Shown here: positions 25,142 to 34,786 of the stretch, in pieces
Layout: every line of letters begins with the position of its first letter
Position numbering within the stretch: the first letter of the stretch is position 1
NCBI GenBank assembly: GCA_965242595.1
Contig: OZ251464.1
Span: forward strand, 2,744,982-2,808,981
DNA: 64,000 bases
Source: Alphaproteobacteria bacterium
Lineage (GTDB): Bacteria > Pseudomonadota > Alphaproteobacteria > SP197
Direction: 5' to 3'
Notes under the pieces: model-generated
What the model was told of the DNA's origin: nothing
What the model saw: only the letters and a program-made list of their open reading frames with translations
The model's database searches: none
Made by a program: the position numbers and the translations under genes

Positions 25142-26344
25142 TCACAGGCCGAAAGGGACAGCCCCGCCTCCGCAGGCATCGCCTGTCCGCCGCGCGCCCG
25201 CCCGCGCCTGTGCCAGGGTGCGCAGGCGGGAATCGAACTCGTCCGCCTCCACATGGCAGGTGCGCATATGGCGCTCGCCCTCGGGCGCGAAGCCGGTGCG
25301 CCCGTGCAGCACGCGCCGGTTGTCGAACAACAGCGCCTCGCCGCCGGCGACCGGGATCGTCACCCGGTTCCGCGGGTCGAACAGCAGCGTCTGCAACTGG
25401 CGCAGGGCGCGGTAGAGAGGGCGGACGACCTCGTCTGGCACATCGGCCGGGCCGATGGCGCGGTCGAGATGGCGGATGGCACGCATCTCGCCCTCCGCAT
25501 CCAGGCTGAAGACCGGCGCCCGCATCCGGAAATCCAGGCCCTGGTCGTCCAGGCGGCGGTGGAAGGTCAGCGGCCAGGCGGTCAGCAGATGAAAGGCCTC
25601 GGGATCGCTCTCGCGCAGCACGGCGCCGATGCGAAAGCCATCGGTCATGGTCGATTCGCCCCCCGAAGCGGCGGCGCGGATGAAATGAAAACAGGTGATC
25701 GCCGGCGGCGTGTGGCGATAGGCCTCGTCGGTATGCGGCTCCAGCGCGACATTGAGGTCGCCATAGACCAGGGCCTCCGGCTTGTAGGTGAAGTCGTAGA
25801 TGCTGCCGTAATTGGTGACGCGCAAGGGGCCGGCCAGCCCCGCCACCGCCTCGGTGCAGGCGGGATCGGCGGGCACGCCGCGCAGCAGCACGAAGCCCCA
25901 GTCGCGCAGCGCCTCCAGCATGACCAGCCGGGCATCATCGTCCGCCCGGCAGGTGGCGAAATCGGCCTCGGGCACGCGGCCTTCGATCTCCCGGCCCCAC
26001 AGCCGCGGCCGGGAACGGCGCCGGGCGCGCTCGCCTTCGCTGTTGCAGTGGCGGCGCAGCCAGGCCGCATCGAAGCGGCTGCGATGGCCATCGTTCGCCC
26101 ACAGGATGGCGACACTGCCATCCTGCTCGCAGCGCGCCGATGCGGCGGCGATGCCTTCGGGAATCTCGGTCAGCCGCAGGGAACGGATGGCGCTGACATA
26201 GCTGCCGCAGGCGGCGCATTGGCAGGCATGGCGCAGCCAGACGGCGTGATAGCGGCTGCGATGGCCGTCGCCCCAGCGCACCGCAACGGTATCGCCGCGG
26301 TTGTCGAGGGAGGCGACGGCATAGCGCGGGTCCGCAACAGCCAT
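25142..26344 (-). CDS. TauD/TfdA dioxygenase, gamma-butyrobetaine hydroxylase-like
   Basis: N-terminal WLRHACQCAAC...GH zinc motif, PHTD, FDNRRVLHGR. Confidence 0.88.
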   Translation of the reverse strand: MAVADPRYAVASLDNRGDTVAVRWGDGHRSRYHAVWLRHACQCAACGSYVSAIRSLRLTEIPEGIAAASARCEQDGSVAILWANDGHRSRFDAAWLRRHCNSEGERARRRSRPRLWGREIEGRVPEADFATCRADDDARLVMLEALRDWGFVLLRGVPADPACTEAVAGLAGPLRVTNYGSIYDFTYKPEALVYGDLNVALEPHTDEAYRHTPPAITCFHFIRAAASGGESTMTDGFRIGAVLRESDPEAFHLLTAWPLTFHRRLDDQGLDFRMRAPVFSLDAEGEMRAIRHLDRAIGPADVPDEVVRPLYRALRQLQTLLFDPRNRVTIPVAGGEALLFDNRRVLHGRTGFAPEGERHMRTCHVEADEFDSRLRTLAQARAGARRTGDACGGGAVPFGL

Positions 26345-26477
26345 GGTGCCCGACTCCAGAGCCGGCGCCAGGGTGCGACTCCGCCGGCGGCCTGTAAATG
26401 GCTTCGAGGGGGGTGCGAGAGGTTTTCGCACACCGAACGCAGGGTGCTATCCTGGCCTCCCCTGCGCGAGCGAGGCC

Positions 26478-27239
26478 ATGACGGCAATCGTCCCCAACGG
26501 CATGACGGCACAGGAATGGCAGCTGCGCTGCGACCTGGCGGCCTGCTACCGGCTGGTGGACCTGTTCGGCTGGTCGGACCTTTCCAGCACCCACATCTCC
26601 GCCCGCCTGCCAGGGCAGGACCGCTTCCTCATCAACCCCTATGGCCTGCTGTTCGATCAGATCACGGCCAGCAACCTGGTGGAGGTGAACGACAAGGGCG
26701 AGGCGGTGGCGGGCATGGCGGCGGTCAATCCGGCCGGCTTCCTGATCCACAGCTGCATCCACCGCGCCCGTCCGGATGTCGGCTGCGTGCTCCACACCCA
26801 CACCGCGGCCGGCAATGCGGTGGCCATGCAGGCGGAAGGCCTGCTGCCGCTGTCGCAAAAGGCGCTGATCCTGATGGGCTGGATCGGCTATCACGATTAC
26901 CGGGGCGTGGTGCTGGACGCCGCCGAACAGGAAAGCCTGGCCGCCGACCTCGCCGACAACGCCATCCTGGTGCTGCGCAATCACGGCCTGCTGACCTGCG
27001 GCGCCACGGTGGGCGAGGCCTTCGTGTGGATGCACCGCATGGAGGCCGCCTGCCGCTATCAGGTGGCGGGGCTGACGGGCGGGCGGCCCCTGCACATCCC
27101 CGGCCAGGAGGTGCAGCGCCACACCATCGCCCAGGGCCGGCGCATCTTCGCCGCTGGCGGCCACGCCCGGGCGGGGCGGGAATGGCCGTCGCTGCTGGCC
27201 TTGCTGGAGCGCGAGCGCGGCGACGGCTGGCGCAGCTGA
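26478..27239 (+). CDS. Class II aldolase/adducin family protein (second paralogue)
   Basis: THISARLP, INPYGLLF, LHTHT, LRNHGLLTCG. Confidence 0.9.
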   Translation: MTAIVPNGMTAQEWQLRCDLAACYRLVDLFGWSDLSSTHISARLPGQDRFLINPYGLLFDQITASNLVEVNDKGEAVAGMAAVNPAGFLIHSCIHRARPDVGCVLHTHTAAGNAVAMQAEGLLPLSQKALILMGWIGYHDYRGVVLDAAEQESLAADLADNAILVLRNHGLLTCGATVGEAFVWMHRMEAACRYQVAGLTGGRPLHIPGQEVQRHTIAQGRRIFAAGGHARAGREWPSLLALLERERGDGWRS

Positions 27240-27252
27240 GCGCGAGCGCGCT

Positions 27253-28011
27253 TCAGGCCGCGGTCAGCCCGCCATCGATGACGAATTCGGCCCCGGTCAC
27301 GAAGGCGGCCTCGTCGCTCGCCAGATAGACGATCATGTCGGCCACCTCGCCCGCGCCCCCCAGGCGCCGCAGCGGGATCTGCGCCTCCAGCCTGGCGCGG
27401 GCCGTGGCCGGGTCGCGGCTTTTCGCCATCAGCGCCTCCACCATCGGCGTTGCGATGAAGGCCGGATGCACGGAATTGCAGCGGATGGCATAGCCTTTGC
27501 GCGCGCAATGGAGCGCCACCGATTTGGTCAGCAGCCGCACCGCGCCCTTGCTGGCGTTGTAGGCGGCCAGATTGTGGCCGCCCACCAGGCCCGACACCGA
27601 CGACAGATTGACGATGGCCCCGCCCGCCTCCTTCATGGCCGCAACCCCCGCCCGGCAGCCCAGAAAGGTGCCGTCGGCGTTGATCGCCATGGTGTGGCGC
27701 CAGTCGGCCAGGGTGGTGTCCTCGATGCTGGCGGCCCGCCCGGTGCCGGCGCTGTTGACCAGGATAGAGAGGCGTCCGAAGGCGCGGCGGGCGGCGGCAA
27801 CGGCCGCCTCCCAATCCGCCTCGCAGGTGACATCGTGGCCGATGGCCACCGCCGCCCTGCCCAGCGGCGCCGCTGCCTCCGCCAGGCCCTCGCGGTCGAT
27901 ATCGGTCATGGCGATCCTGGCGCCCTCTGCGGCAAAGCGTTCGGCGCAGCGCCTGCCGATGCCGGAGGCCGCGCCCGTCACCAGCGCCACCTTGCCTTGC
28001 AGTCGTGCCAT
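27253..28011 (-). CDS. SDR family oxidoreductase
   Basis: TGAASGIG, NSAG, YNASK, VIDGG; GAGGAGG RBS. Confidence 0.92.
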   Translation of the reverse strand: MARLQGKVALVTGAASGIGRRCAERFAAEGARIAMTDIDREGLAEAAAPLGRAAVAIGHDVTCEADWEAAVAAARRAFGRLSILVNSAGTGRAASIEDTTLADWRHTMAINADGTFLGCRAGVAAMKEAGGAIVNLSSVSGLVGGHNLAAYNASKGAVRLLTKSVALHCARKGYAIRCNSVHPAFIATPMVEALMAKSRDPATARARLEAQIPLRRLGGAGEVADMIVYLASDEAAFVTGAEFVIDGGLTAA

Positions 28012-28189
28012 CGCCTCCTCCCCTGCCGCCGCGCCCATAGTGCGGCCCATATTGCGACAGGCGGCGCGAAGAGCGAAACGCGCCCGCGCATCCATGCAGC
28101 ATCCATACACGGGCCGGCCTTGGACCGGCGGGCCGGCGCCCTGTAGCCTTGCCGCCATGATTTTGCCCATTGCGGCGGGGCCGGCGCGG

Positions 28190-29536
28190 ATGGCGATGCA
28201 GCATGCCAGCGATGCGCAGAGCGGGCGCAAGGCACCGGCCGGCGCCAAAGGGGCCTTCCGCGATCCTGCCTTTACCGCCAACCGCGACCTGCCCATCCAT
28301 CGCTGGGTGCCCTGGATCGCCGGCTTTTCCAGGGATGTGGTCGCCGATGCGCTCGCCCGCTTCATGGACGGCCCCGGCCTGGTGCTGGATCCCTTCGCGG
28401 GGGTGGGCACCGCGCTGGTCGAGGCCGATCTGGCAGGCCACGAGGCGGCAGGCTTCGAGATCAACCCCTATGCCGTCTTCGCCTCGCGCACCAAGCTGGC
28501 GGCTCACCGGGCCGATCCGGCGCGCCTGCGGCAGGCGGTGGCGGATTTCGTCGCCTTCGCCGAGCGGGCGGTGCGGGAAGGGCGCGCGCCGCGCAGCGTG
28601 GCTCCCGCCGGTTTCCGCACCCGCGCGCCCTTTTACAGCCCCAAAGTGCTGGCCAAGGTGCTGCTGGCCTTCGATTTCATCGCCGAACGGGATGCGACCA
28701 CGGGCGCCGTCTTCCGCCTCGCCTTCGCCGCCATCATGGTCGCCTGTTCGAACTATTCCTACGAGCCCAGCCTGGGGCGCAAGGCGGCCGCCGGACGCGC
28801 CGTGGTGGAGGATTTCCCGCTGATGGAACGGCTGGCCGCCGCCGTGCTGCGCATGGCCGACGATGCCGCCTGGTATCGCCAGCGCCGCGCCGGGCCGGGG
28901 CGGGCGGATGCGCGCGTGTTCGAACGCTCCTTCCTGGAAGGCCACACCGGCCTGCGCCCGGGCAGCGTCGATCTCATCGTCACCTCGCCGCCCTACCTCA
29001 ACAACTACCACTACAACCGCAACACCCGCCCACAGCTCTACTGGCTGGGCCTCGCCCACGCGCCTTGCGACCTGAAGCGGCTGGAAGAGCTGAACTTCGG
29101 CAGCTATTGGCAAAACGCCAGGGAGCTGGAGGCCGTGGCCCTGGCGCCGGCGGCGGCGGACGAGGAGATCCGCGCCACCCTGGCAAAGATCGCCGCCTGC
29201 AATCCCGGCAAGGGCCTCTATAGCGGGCAGGGATGGGCCAATTACGCGGCGCGCTATTTCAACGATTGCGCCCGTTTCGCCGCCGCCGCGCGCCGCTGCC
29301 TGCGGCCCGGCGGGCGGGCGCTGGTGGTGATCGGCAACAGCATCCTGCAAGGGGTGCCGGTCGCCACCGACCGCTTTCTGGCCAGGATCGCCACCGCGCA
29401 GGGGCTGGAGGCGGTCGCCATCCACACCCCGCGCCAGACGCGCACCGGCAGCAGCATCGTCGCTTCCAGCGTCCGCGCCGGCGCTGCCAACGGCCACCGC
29501 CTGCACGAATCCATCGTCGAACTGCGGCGGCCCTAG
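28190..29536 (+). CDS. Amino-DNA methyltransferase (probably N4-cytosine), orphan
   Basis: Motif I LDPFAGVGT followed by motif IV VTSPPY; start uncertain. Confidence 0.82.
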   Translation: MAMQHASDAQSGRKAPAGAKGAFRDPAFTANRDLPIHRWVPWIAGFSRDVVADALARFMDGPGLVLDPFAGVGTALVEADLAGHEAAGFEINPYAVFASRTKLAAHRADPARLRQAVADFVAFAERAVREGRAPRSVAPAGFRTRAPFYSPKVLAKVLLAFDFIAERDATTGAVFRLAFAAIMVACSNYSYEPSLGRKAAAGRAVVEDFPLMERLAAAVLRMADDAAWYRQRRAGPGRADARVFERSFLEGHTGLRPGSVDLIVTSPPYLNNYHYNRNTRPQLYWLGLAHAPCDLKRLEELNFGSYWQNARELEAVALAPAAADEEIRATLAKIAACNPGKGLYSGQGWANYAARYFNDCARFAAAARRCLRPGGRALVVIGNSILQGVPVATDRFLARIATAQGLEAVAIHTPRQTRTGSSIVASSVRAGAANGHRLHESIVELRRP

Positions 29537-29592
29537 GCGCCGCGCCTGGCCGCGGTCGCGCGGGCGGCGGCGCGGGGCTAGGCTGCTTCGTC

Positions 29593-32500
29593 ATGTATCT
29601 GGATCGCCGCCTCTGGGCCTTCGCGCGCGGAATGCGCGGGCGCATCGCCTGGGCTGCCGTGCTGGCCCTGGCGGCGGTGGCCTTCGGCATCGCCCGCCTG
29701 GCGCTGCTGGGCTGGCTGCTGGCGCGGGTGTTCGCAGGCGCGCCGCCCGGCGAAATCGTGGCCCTGGCGGCGCTGACCGCCGCCGCCATGGCGCTGCGCG
29801 GTGCCCTGGAATATGCCCGCACCATGGTCGCCCATACAACCGCCGCCCGCATCCAGGTGGCGCTGCGGCGGGCGATCCACGACAAGGCCGTGGCCCTGGG
29901 GCCGGCCTGGTTCGAGAACCAGCGCAGCGGCGAGCTGGCGCTGGCGGCGGTGGACGGGGTGGAGCAGCTGGAGGTCTATTTCGGCGCCTTCATGCCCACC
30001 CTGCTGGTCGCCGCGCTAACGCCCATCGTCGCCTTCGCCGCTGTCGCCTTTCTGGATCCCGTGGTCGCCGCCGTGCTGCTGGCCGCCGCCGTGGTGGCGC
30101 TGCTGCTGCCGGCGGCCTTTCACCGCCTGGACCGCAAGGCCAGCCTGGAACGCGCCGCCGCCTATGGCGATTTCGGCGCCGCCTTTCTGGACGCCCTCCA
30201 GGGCCTCGCCACCCTGAAGGCCTTCGGGCAAAGCGGCGCCCGGGGCAAGGCGCTTGCGCGCCGCGCCCACCGCCTGGCCCAGAGCACGCGCTGGGTCAAC
30301 GCCACCAACACCTTGGGCCGCGGCATCGCCGATGGGGCGGTCGCCATCGGGGCGGCGGCGGCGCTGGCGGTGGGCGCCTGGCGGGTCGAGGCGGGCGCGA
30401 TGGAGATGTCCACCCTGCTGATGGTGCTGATGATGGGGGTGGAGCTGTTCCGCCCCCTGCGCGAGCTGCGCGCCCAGCTCCACGCCGGCATGATGGGCCA
30501 GGCGGCGGCGCAGGCCGTCTTTCGCGTGCTGGACGCCCGCCCGCCCCTGGCCGAGGCGGCGCCCATGCCGGCCCCGGGCGCCAGCGAGGCGCCGGCCATC
30601 GCCTTCCGCCGCGTCTCCTTCGCCTATCCCGGGCGCGAACAGCGGGTGCATGAAGGCCTCTCCTTCACCGTGGCGGCGGGCGAGCGGGTGGCCGTGGTGG
30701 GGCGGTCGGGGGCCGGCAAATCCTCTCTGCTGCGCCTGCTGCTGCGCTTTCACGATCCGCAGGCCGGCAGCGTGCGGGTGAACGGGCGCGACCTGCGCCA
30801 CATGCCGGCCTGCGAACTGCGCGCCCTGGTCGCCGCCGTCGCCCAGGAGCCCTACCTTTTTCACGGCAGCATCGCCGACAATCTGCGCTTTGCCCGCCCC
30901 CAGGCGACGCCGGCCGAGATGGAGGCCGCCTGCCGCACCGCCCATATCCACGATTTCATCGCCTCTCTGCCGGCGGGCTATGCCACCCGCATCGGCGAGC
31001 GCGGGCAGCGCCTTTCCGGCGGCCAGCGCCAGCGGCTGGCCATCGCCCGGGCGTTGCTGGCCGATGCGCCGATCCTGGTGCTGGACGAGGCGCTGTCGTC
31101 GGTCGATGGCGAAAACGAGGCCGCCATCGCCGCCGCCCTGGCCCGCGCCACGGCCGGGCGCACCGTGCTGGTGTTCGCCCACCGCCTTTCCAGCGTGATC
31201 GACGCCGATCGCATCCTGGTTCTGGCGGGCGGGCGCATCGTGGAAGAGGGAAGCCACCATGCGCTGATGGCCGCCGGCGGCGCCTATCGCCGGCTGATGG
31301 AGGAACAGGCGCGCTGGGCCGGCGATCACGGCCGGCCGGTCTTCGCCCGGGATGCCGCCCCGCCGCCTGCCGACGCCCCGCCCGCCGCCGCCACGGGCGA
31401 AAGCGGCGGCGCCATCCTGAGCGCCGGCGCCGGCGGCTGGGCGCGGGCGGCGCGGGCGCTGTTCGTGCTGTCCAGGGGCGGGCGCCTTGCCATGGCGCTG
31501 GCCGTGCTGTGCGGCATCGCCCGGGTGGCGGCCTTCATCGCCGTCGGCGCGCTTTCGGCCCTGGCGGTGGCCAGGCTGGAGGCCGGGCGTCCGTTCGACG
31601 ATCTGCTGCCCTGGCTGGCCCTGGCGGCGCCGCTGGCGGGCGCGCTGCACTGGCTGGAATCCTGGTTCGCCCACGATGTCGCCGCCCGCCAGATGACCGC
31701 CATGCGCGAACGCCTGTTCGCCGCCCTGGACAGGCTGGCCCCCGCCTTTCTGCTGCACCGGCGCAGCGGCGATCTGGCGGCCGTGGCCACCCAGGATATC
31801 GAAACCGTGCGCTACTTCTACGGCCACAGCATGGCGCCCGCCCTGGTTTCGCTGCTGGTGCCGGCGGCGGTGCTGGCGGTGCTGCTTTATGGCGGCTGGC
31901 CCATGGCGGCGGCGCTGGCCCCCTTTCTGGCGCTGGTGGCCGTCTCGCCCTTTCTGCTGCGGCGCCGGCTGGATCGGCTGGGCGGGCGGGCGCGCGAGGC
32001 GCTGGGCGCGCTGAACGCCTTCACAGTCGATTCCATCCAGGGCCTGGCCGAAATCGCCGCCTTCCGCCAGGGCCGGCCCCGCTCGCTCGCCTTCCAGCGC
32101 CTGGCGCGGCGGGTCGAGCGGCTGCGGCTGCCCTTCTTCCGCGATCTCACCCTTCAGATGGCGCTGCTGGAGGCCGCCACCGGGCTGGGCGGGCTGGCCG
32201 TGGTTGCCACCGGCACGGCGCTGGCTCAGGCCGGCGCCCTGGAGGCGCGCCTGCTGCCGTTTTTCGCGCTGATCGCCATGGCCGCCTTTCTGCCGGTGGC
32301 CGAAATCGCCCAGCTGGGCCGTCAGCTGGCCGATACCCTGGGCGCGGCGCGGCGCCTGCAAGCCATCGAAGATGAACCGGTGGCGGTGGCCGACGGCCCC
32401 GGCGCGCCGCCGCCGCCCGCCTCCAGGGGCGCCGCGCTGACGCTGGAACAGGTTCGCTTCGGCTATCGCGCCCGCGCCCGCCCGGCGCTGGATGGCGTTT

Positions 32501-33177
32501 CGCTGGCCGTTCCCGCCGGCGCGAAGCTGGCCCTGGTCGGTCCCAGCGGCGCCGGCAAAACCACCCTGGCCCATCTGCTGCTGCGCTTCTGGGATCCGGA
32601 CGCGGGCCGCATCCTGCTGGATGGCGCCGATATCCGCGCCTGGCGCCTGGACGCGCTGCGCCGCCATATCGCGCTGGTGGCCCAGGATACCTTCCTGTTC
32701 GACGATACGCTGAAGGCCAATATTCTGCTGGCCAGGCCCGATGCCAGCCCGGGCGAGCTCGATGCCGCCATCCGGCGGGCGGCGCTGGCGGATATGGTGG
32801 CCGGCCTGCGCCACGGCCTGGAAACCCGCGTCGGCGAGCGTGGGGCGCGCCTTTCCGGCGGCCAGCGCCAGCGGCTGGCCATCGCCCGGGCCTTTCTGAA
32901 GGATGCGCCGGTGCTGGTGCTGGACGAAGCCACCAGCCATCTCGATGCCGCCAGCGAGGCGGCGGTGCATCGCGCCCTGGCCGATCTGGCGCGGGGCCGC
33001 ACCACGGTGGTGATCGCCCATCGCCTTTCCACCGTGCGCGATGCCGATCTTATCGCCGTTATGGCTGCGGGCCGCATCGTCGAGCGCGGGCGCCATGAGG
33101 AATTGGTGGCAAAGGGCGGCGCCTATGCCCGCCTGATCGAAAGCCAGATGGCGGCGACGGGCGGGGTTGACGCCTAG
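29593..33177 (+). CDS. Fused ABC exporter (TMD-NBD-TMD-NBD), CydD/CydC-like
   Basis: Two Walker A (GRSGAGKS, GPSGAGKT), two LSGGQRQR signatures, two TM regions with SGEL/SGDL. Confidence 0.9.
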   Translation: MYLDRRLWAFARGMRGRIAWAAVLALAAVAFGIARLALLGWLLARVFAGAPPGEIVALAALTAAAMALRGALEYARTMVAHTTAARIQVALRRAIHDKAVALGPAWFENQRSGELALAAVDGVEQLEVYFGAFMPTLLVAALTPIVAFAAVAFLDPVVAAVLLAAAVVALLLPAAFHRLDRKASLERAAAYGDFGAAFLDALQGLATLKAFGQSGARGKALARRAHRLAQSTRWVNATNTLGRGIADGAVAIGAAAALAVGAWRVEAGAMEMSTLLMVLMMGVELFRPLRELRAQLHAGMMGQAAAQAVFRVLDARPPLAEAAPMPAPGASEAPAIAFRRVSFAYPGREQRVHEGLSFTVAAGERVAVVGRSGAGKSSLLRLLLRFHDPQAGSVRVNGRDLRHMPACELRALVAAVAQEPYLFHGSIADNLRFARPQATPAEMEAACRTAHIHDFIASLPAGYATRIGERGQRLSGGQRQRLAIARALLADAPILVLDEALSSVDGENEAAIAAALARATAGRTVLVFAHRLSSVIDADRILVLAGGRIVEEGSHHALMAAGGAYRRLMEEQARWAGDHGRPVFARDAAPPPADAPPAAATGESGGAILSAGAGGWARAARALFVLSRGGRLAMALAVLCGIARVAAFIAVGALSALAVARLEAGRPFDDLLPWLALAAPLAGALHWLESWFAHDVAARQMTAMRERLFAALDRLAPAFLLHRRSGDLAAVATQDIETVRYFYGHSMAPALVSLLVPAAVLAVLLYGGWPMAAALAPFLALVAVSPFLLRRRLDRLGGRAREALGALNAFTVDSIQGLAEIAAFRQGRPRSLAFQRLARRVERLRLPFFRDLTLQMALLEAATGLGGLAVVATGTALAQAGALEARLLPFFALIAMAAFLPVAEIAQLGRQLADTLGAARRLQAIEDEPVAVADGPGAPPPPASRGAALTLEQVRFGYRARARPALDGVSLAVPAGAKLALVGPSGAGKTTLAHLLLRFWDPDAGRILLDGADIRAWRLDALRRHIALVAQDTFLFDDTLKANILLARPDASPGELDAAIRRAALADMVAGLRHGLETRVGERGARLSGGQRQRLAIARAFLKDAPVLVLDEATSHLDAASEAAVHRALADLARGRTTVVIAHRLSTVRDADLIAVMAAGRIVERGRHEELVAKGGAYARLIESQMAATGGVDA

Positions 33178-33280
33178 TTGACGCGGGGCGCGAATTGCAG
33201 CAGCTTTGTGGCGAATCGGGTGCAGAGCCGAAGGGGGGCGCGAATCATGGACCGGGTGGCGAGACGGAATTTCCCTTGTA

Positions 33281-33293
33281 AATCAATGGCTTA
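33281..33293 (+). promoter_or_regulatory. IHF-consensus-like site
   Basis: AATCAATGGCTTA fits WATCAANNNNTTR; it lies inside a putative 5' coding segment, so function is uncertain. Confidence 0.35.
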
Positions 33294-33312
33294 CCCCCCC
33301 CCCCCCCCCCCC
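33294..33312. repeat. C19 homopolymer
   Basis: Counted directly. Confidence 0.9.
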
Positions 33313-34786
33313 GCCGCCTGAGTGAGGGTGGGCCGCCCGGCCGCCGGATTCGCGCCGCCGCCGCAACCTTCCTCCTGACAACCGCTTTCGCGTTATCCCT
33401 CCCGGCCGCTGCCGGGGCAGAGGGCGATTCGCCCGTCCCGTCCCCGGCCTGGGAGTCGGGCGGCGCGGCCGCCCTGGCCGGCGGCCTGGGGCTGGAAAGC
33501 TGCGCCCAGGCGCTGGCCGGGGCCGAGCGGCTGGCGGCGGCCGATTGCGCGGCAGACAGGGCCTTTCAGCTGGCCCTGGGCCTGGCGCAAAGCCAGGGCC
33601 GGGCGCTGTTCGGCCACGGCTTCAGCCTCACCCATCGCATGTCGTTCTCGCCCTTCGGCGAAGGCCTGGCGGGCGATCTGGATCTGGTGGTGCCGCTGGC
33701 CTCCCCGGCCCTGGGCTTTGCCGCCGGCGCTGCCGATGGGGACGCCCCCGGCGCCCTTTTCTTGCAGCAGGGCGTCACCCGCTGGAGCGACGGCCACGGC
33801 TTTCGCCGCAACGATGCCCGCTATGGCGCCGCCTGGCGCTTTGCGCTTTCGGATGGCGATGTGCTGGGCGTCTCGGCGCTGATGCAGGAAAACCTGGAAC
33901 GCGGCCATCGCCGCCTGGTGGCGGGCATCGATTACGACGGGCGCTGGGGCCATGGCTGGCTGCAACAGCTGACGCCCACCACCGGCTGGCTGGCGGGCCG
34001 CATCGGTTATCGGGAACGGGCGGTGGGCGGCACCCGGCTGGGCCTGGGCCTGGATGTCACCGATACCGTCTCGCTGGAGGCCTCGCTTTCCCGCTGGCAG
34101 GACGATGGCGACGGCAGGCCGTTCATGGACGGGCGGCTGGGCGCGGCGTGGCGGCCGCATCCCTGGCTGGGCCTGCGGGCCGGCTGGGGCGGCATCGGCC
34201 CGGCCGCAGATACCGGCTCGCTGCAAGTGACGCTGAATGTGCCGTTCGGCGGCCAGGCGCAGCGTCTGCCGCCCTGGCAGGGGCTGGGGGTGGCCGGCGG
34301 CGCGGCGCAGAACACGCCCGATCTGTGGCGCCCGGTGGCGAATGTGGACCGCATCCAGACCGTGGAGCGCATCCGCCCGGCGGCGGACCTGGTGGCGTCC
34401 GGGCAGGTGGCGGTGCGATTCCTGCAAGAGACCGCCACCACCGGCGAGCGCATCGTGCTGGAAGTGACCTTCCCAGAGCCGGTGGTGGGCGATGTGCGGC
34501 TGGTGGCGCGTCTGGCGCCCGGCAGCGGCGACAACCCGGCCGTGGCGGGGGTGGATTATGTGGACCGGCCCTACGAGATCACGGTGCCGGACGGCAGCGC
34601 CAGCGGACGGGTGGAGGTGCAGCTGCTGTTCAACCCCGATGTGGAAGCGGGCGGGCGCACGCTGGCCGTGAAGGCCGCGCTGGCCTCGTGACCGCCCGCT
34701 AACGCCCAGATCACGCCGACAACCCAGGTTTGGGAACGCGCAACAGAACATCCCCCCGCAAGGCGGGGGCAGTGGAGACAGAAGCC

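Larger units (their letters stand above)
33247..34691 (+). pseudogene. Inverse-autotransporter (intimin/invasin-type) beta-barrel protein with a Calx-beta-like tail, frameshifted at the C19 tract
   Basis: ATG 33247 frame stops at 33319-33321. The other frame is open from the tract to 34691 and encodes a signal peptide (RRIRAAAATFLLTTAFALSLPAAAGA), then barrel-like strands (GHRRLVAGIDY, TGW...YRERAVGG) and AVAGVDY. Confidence 0.65.
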
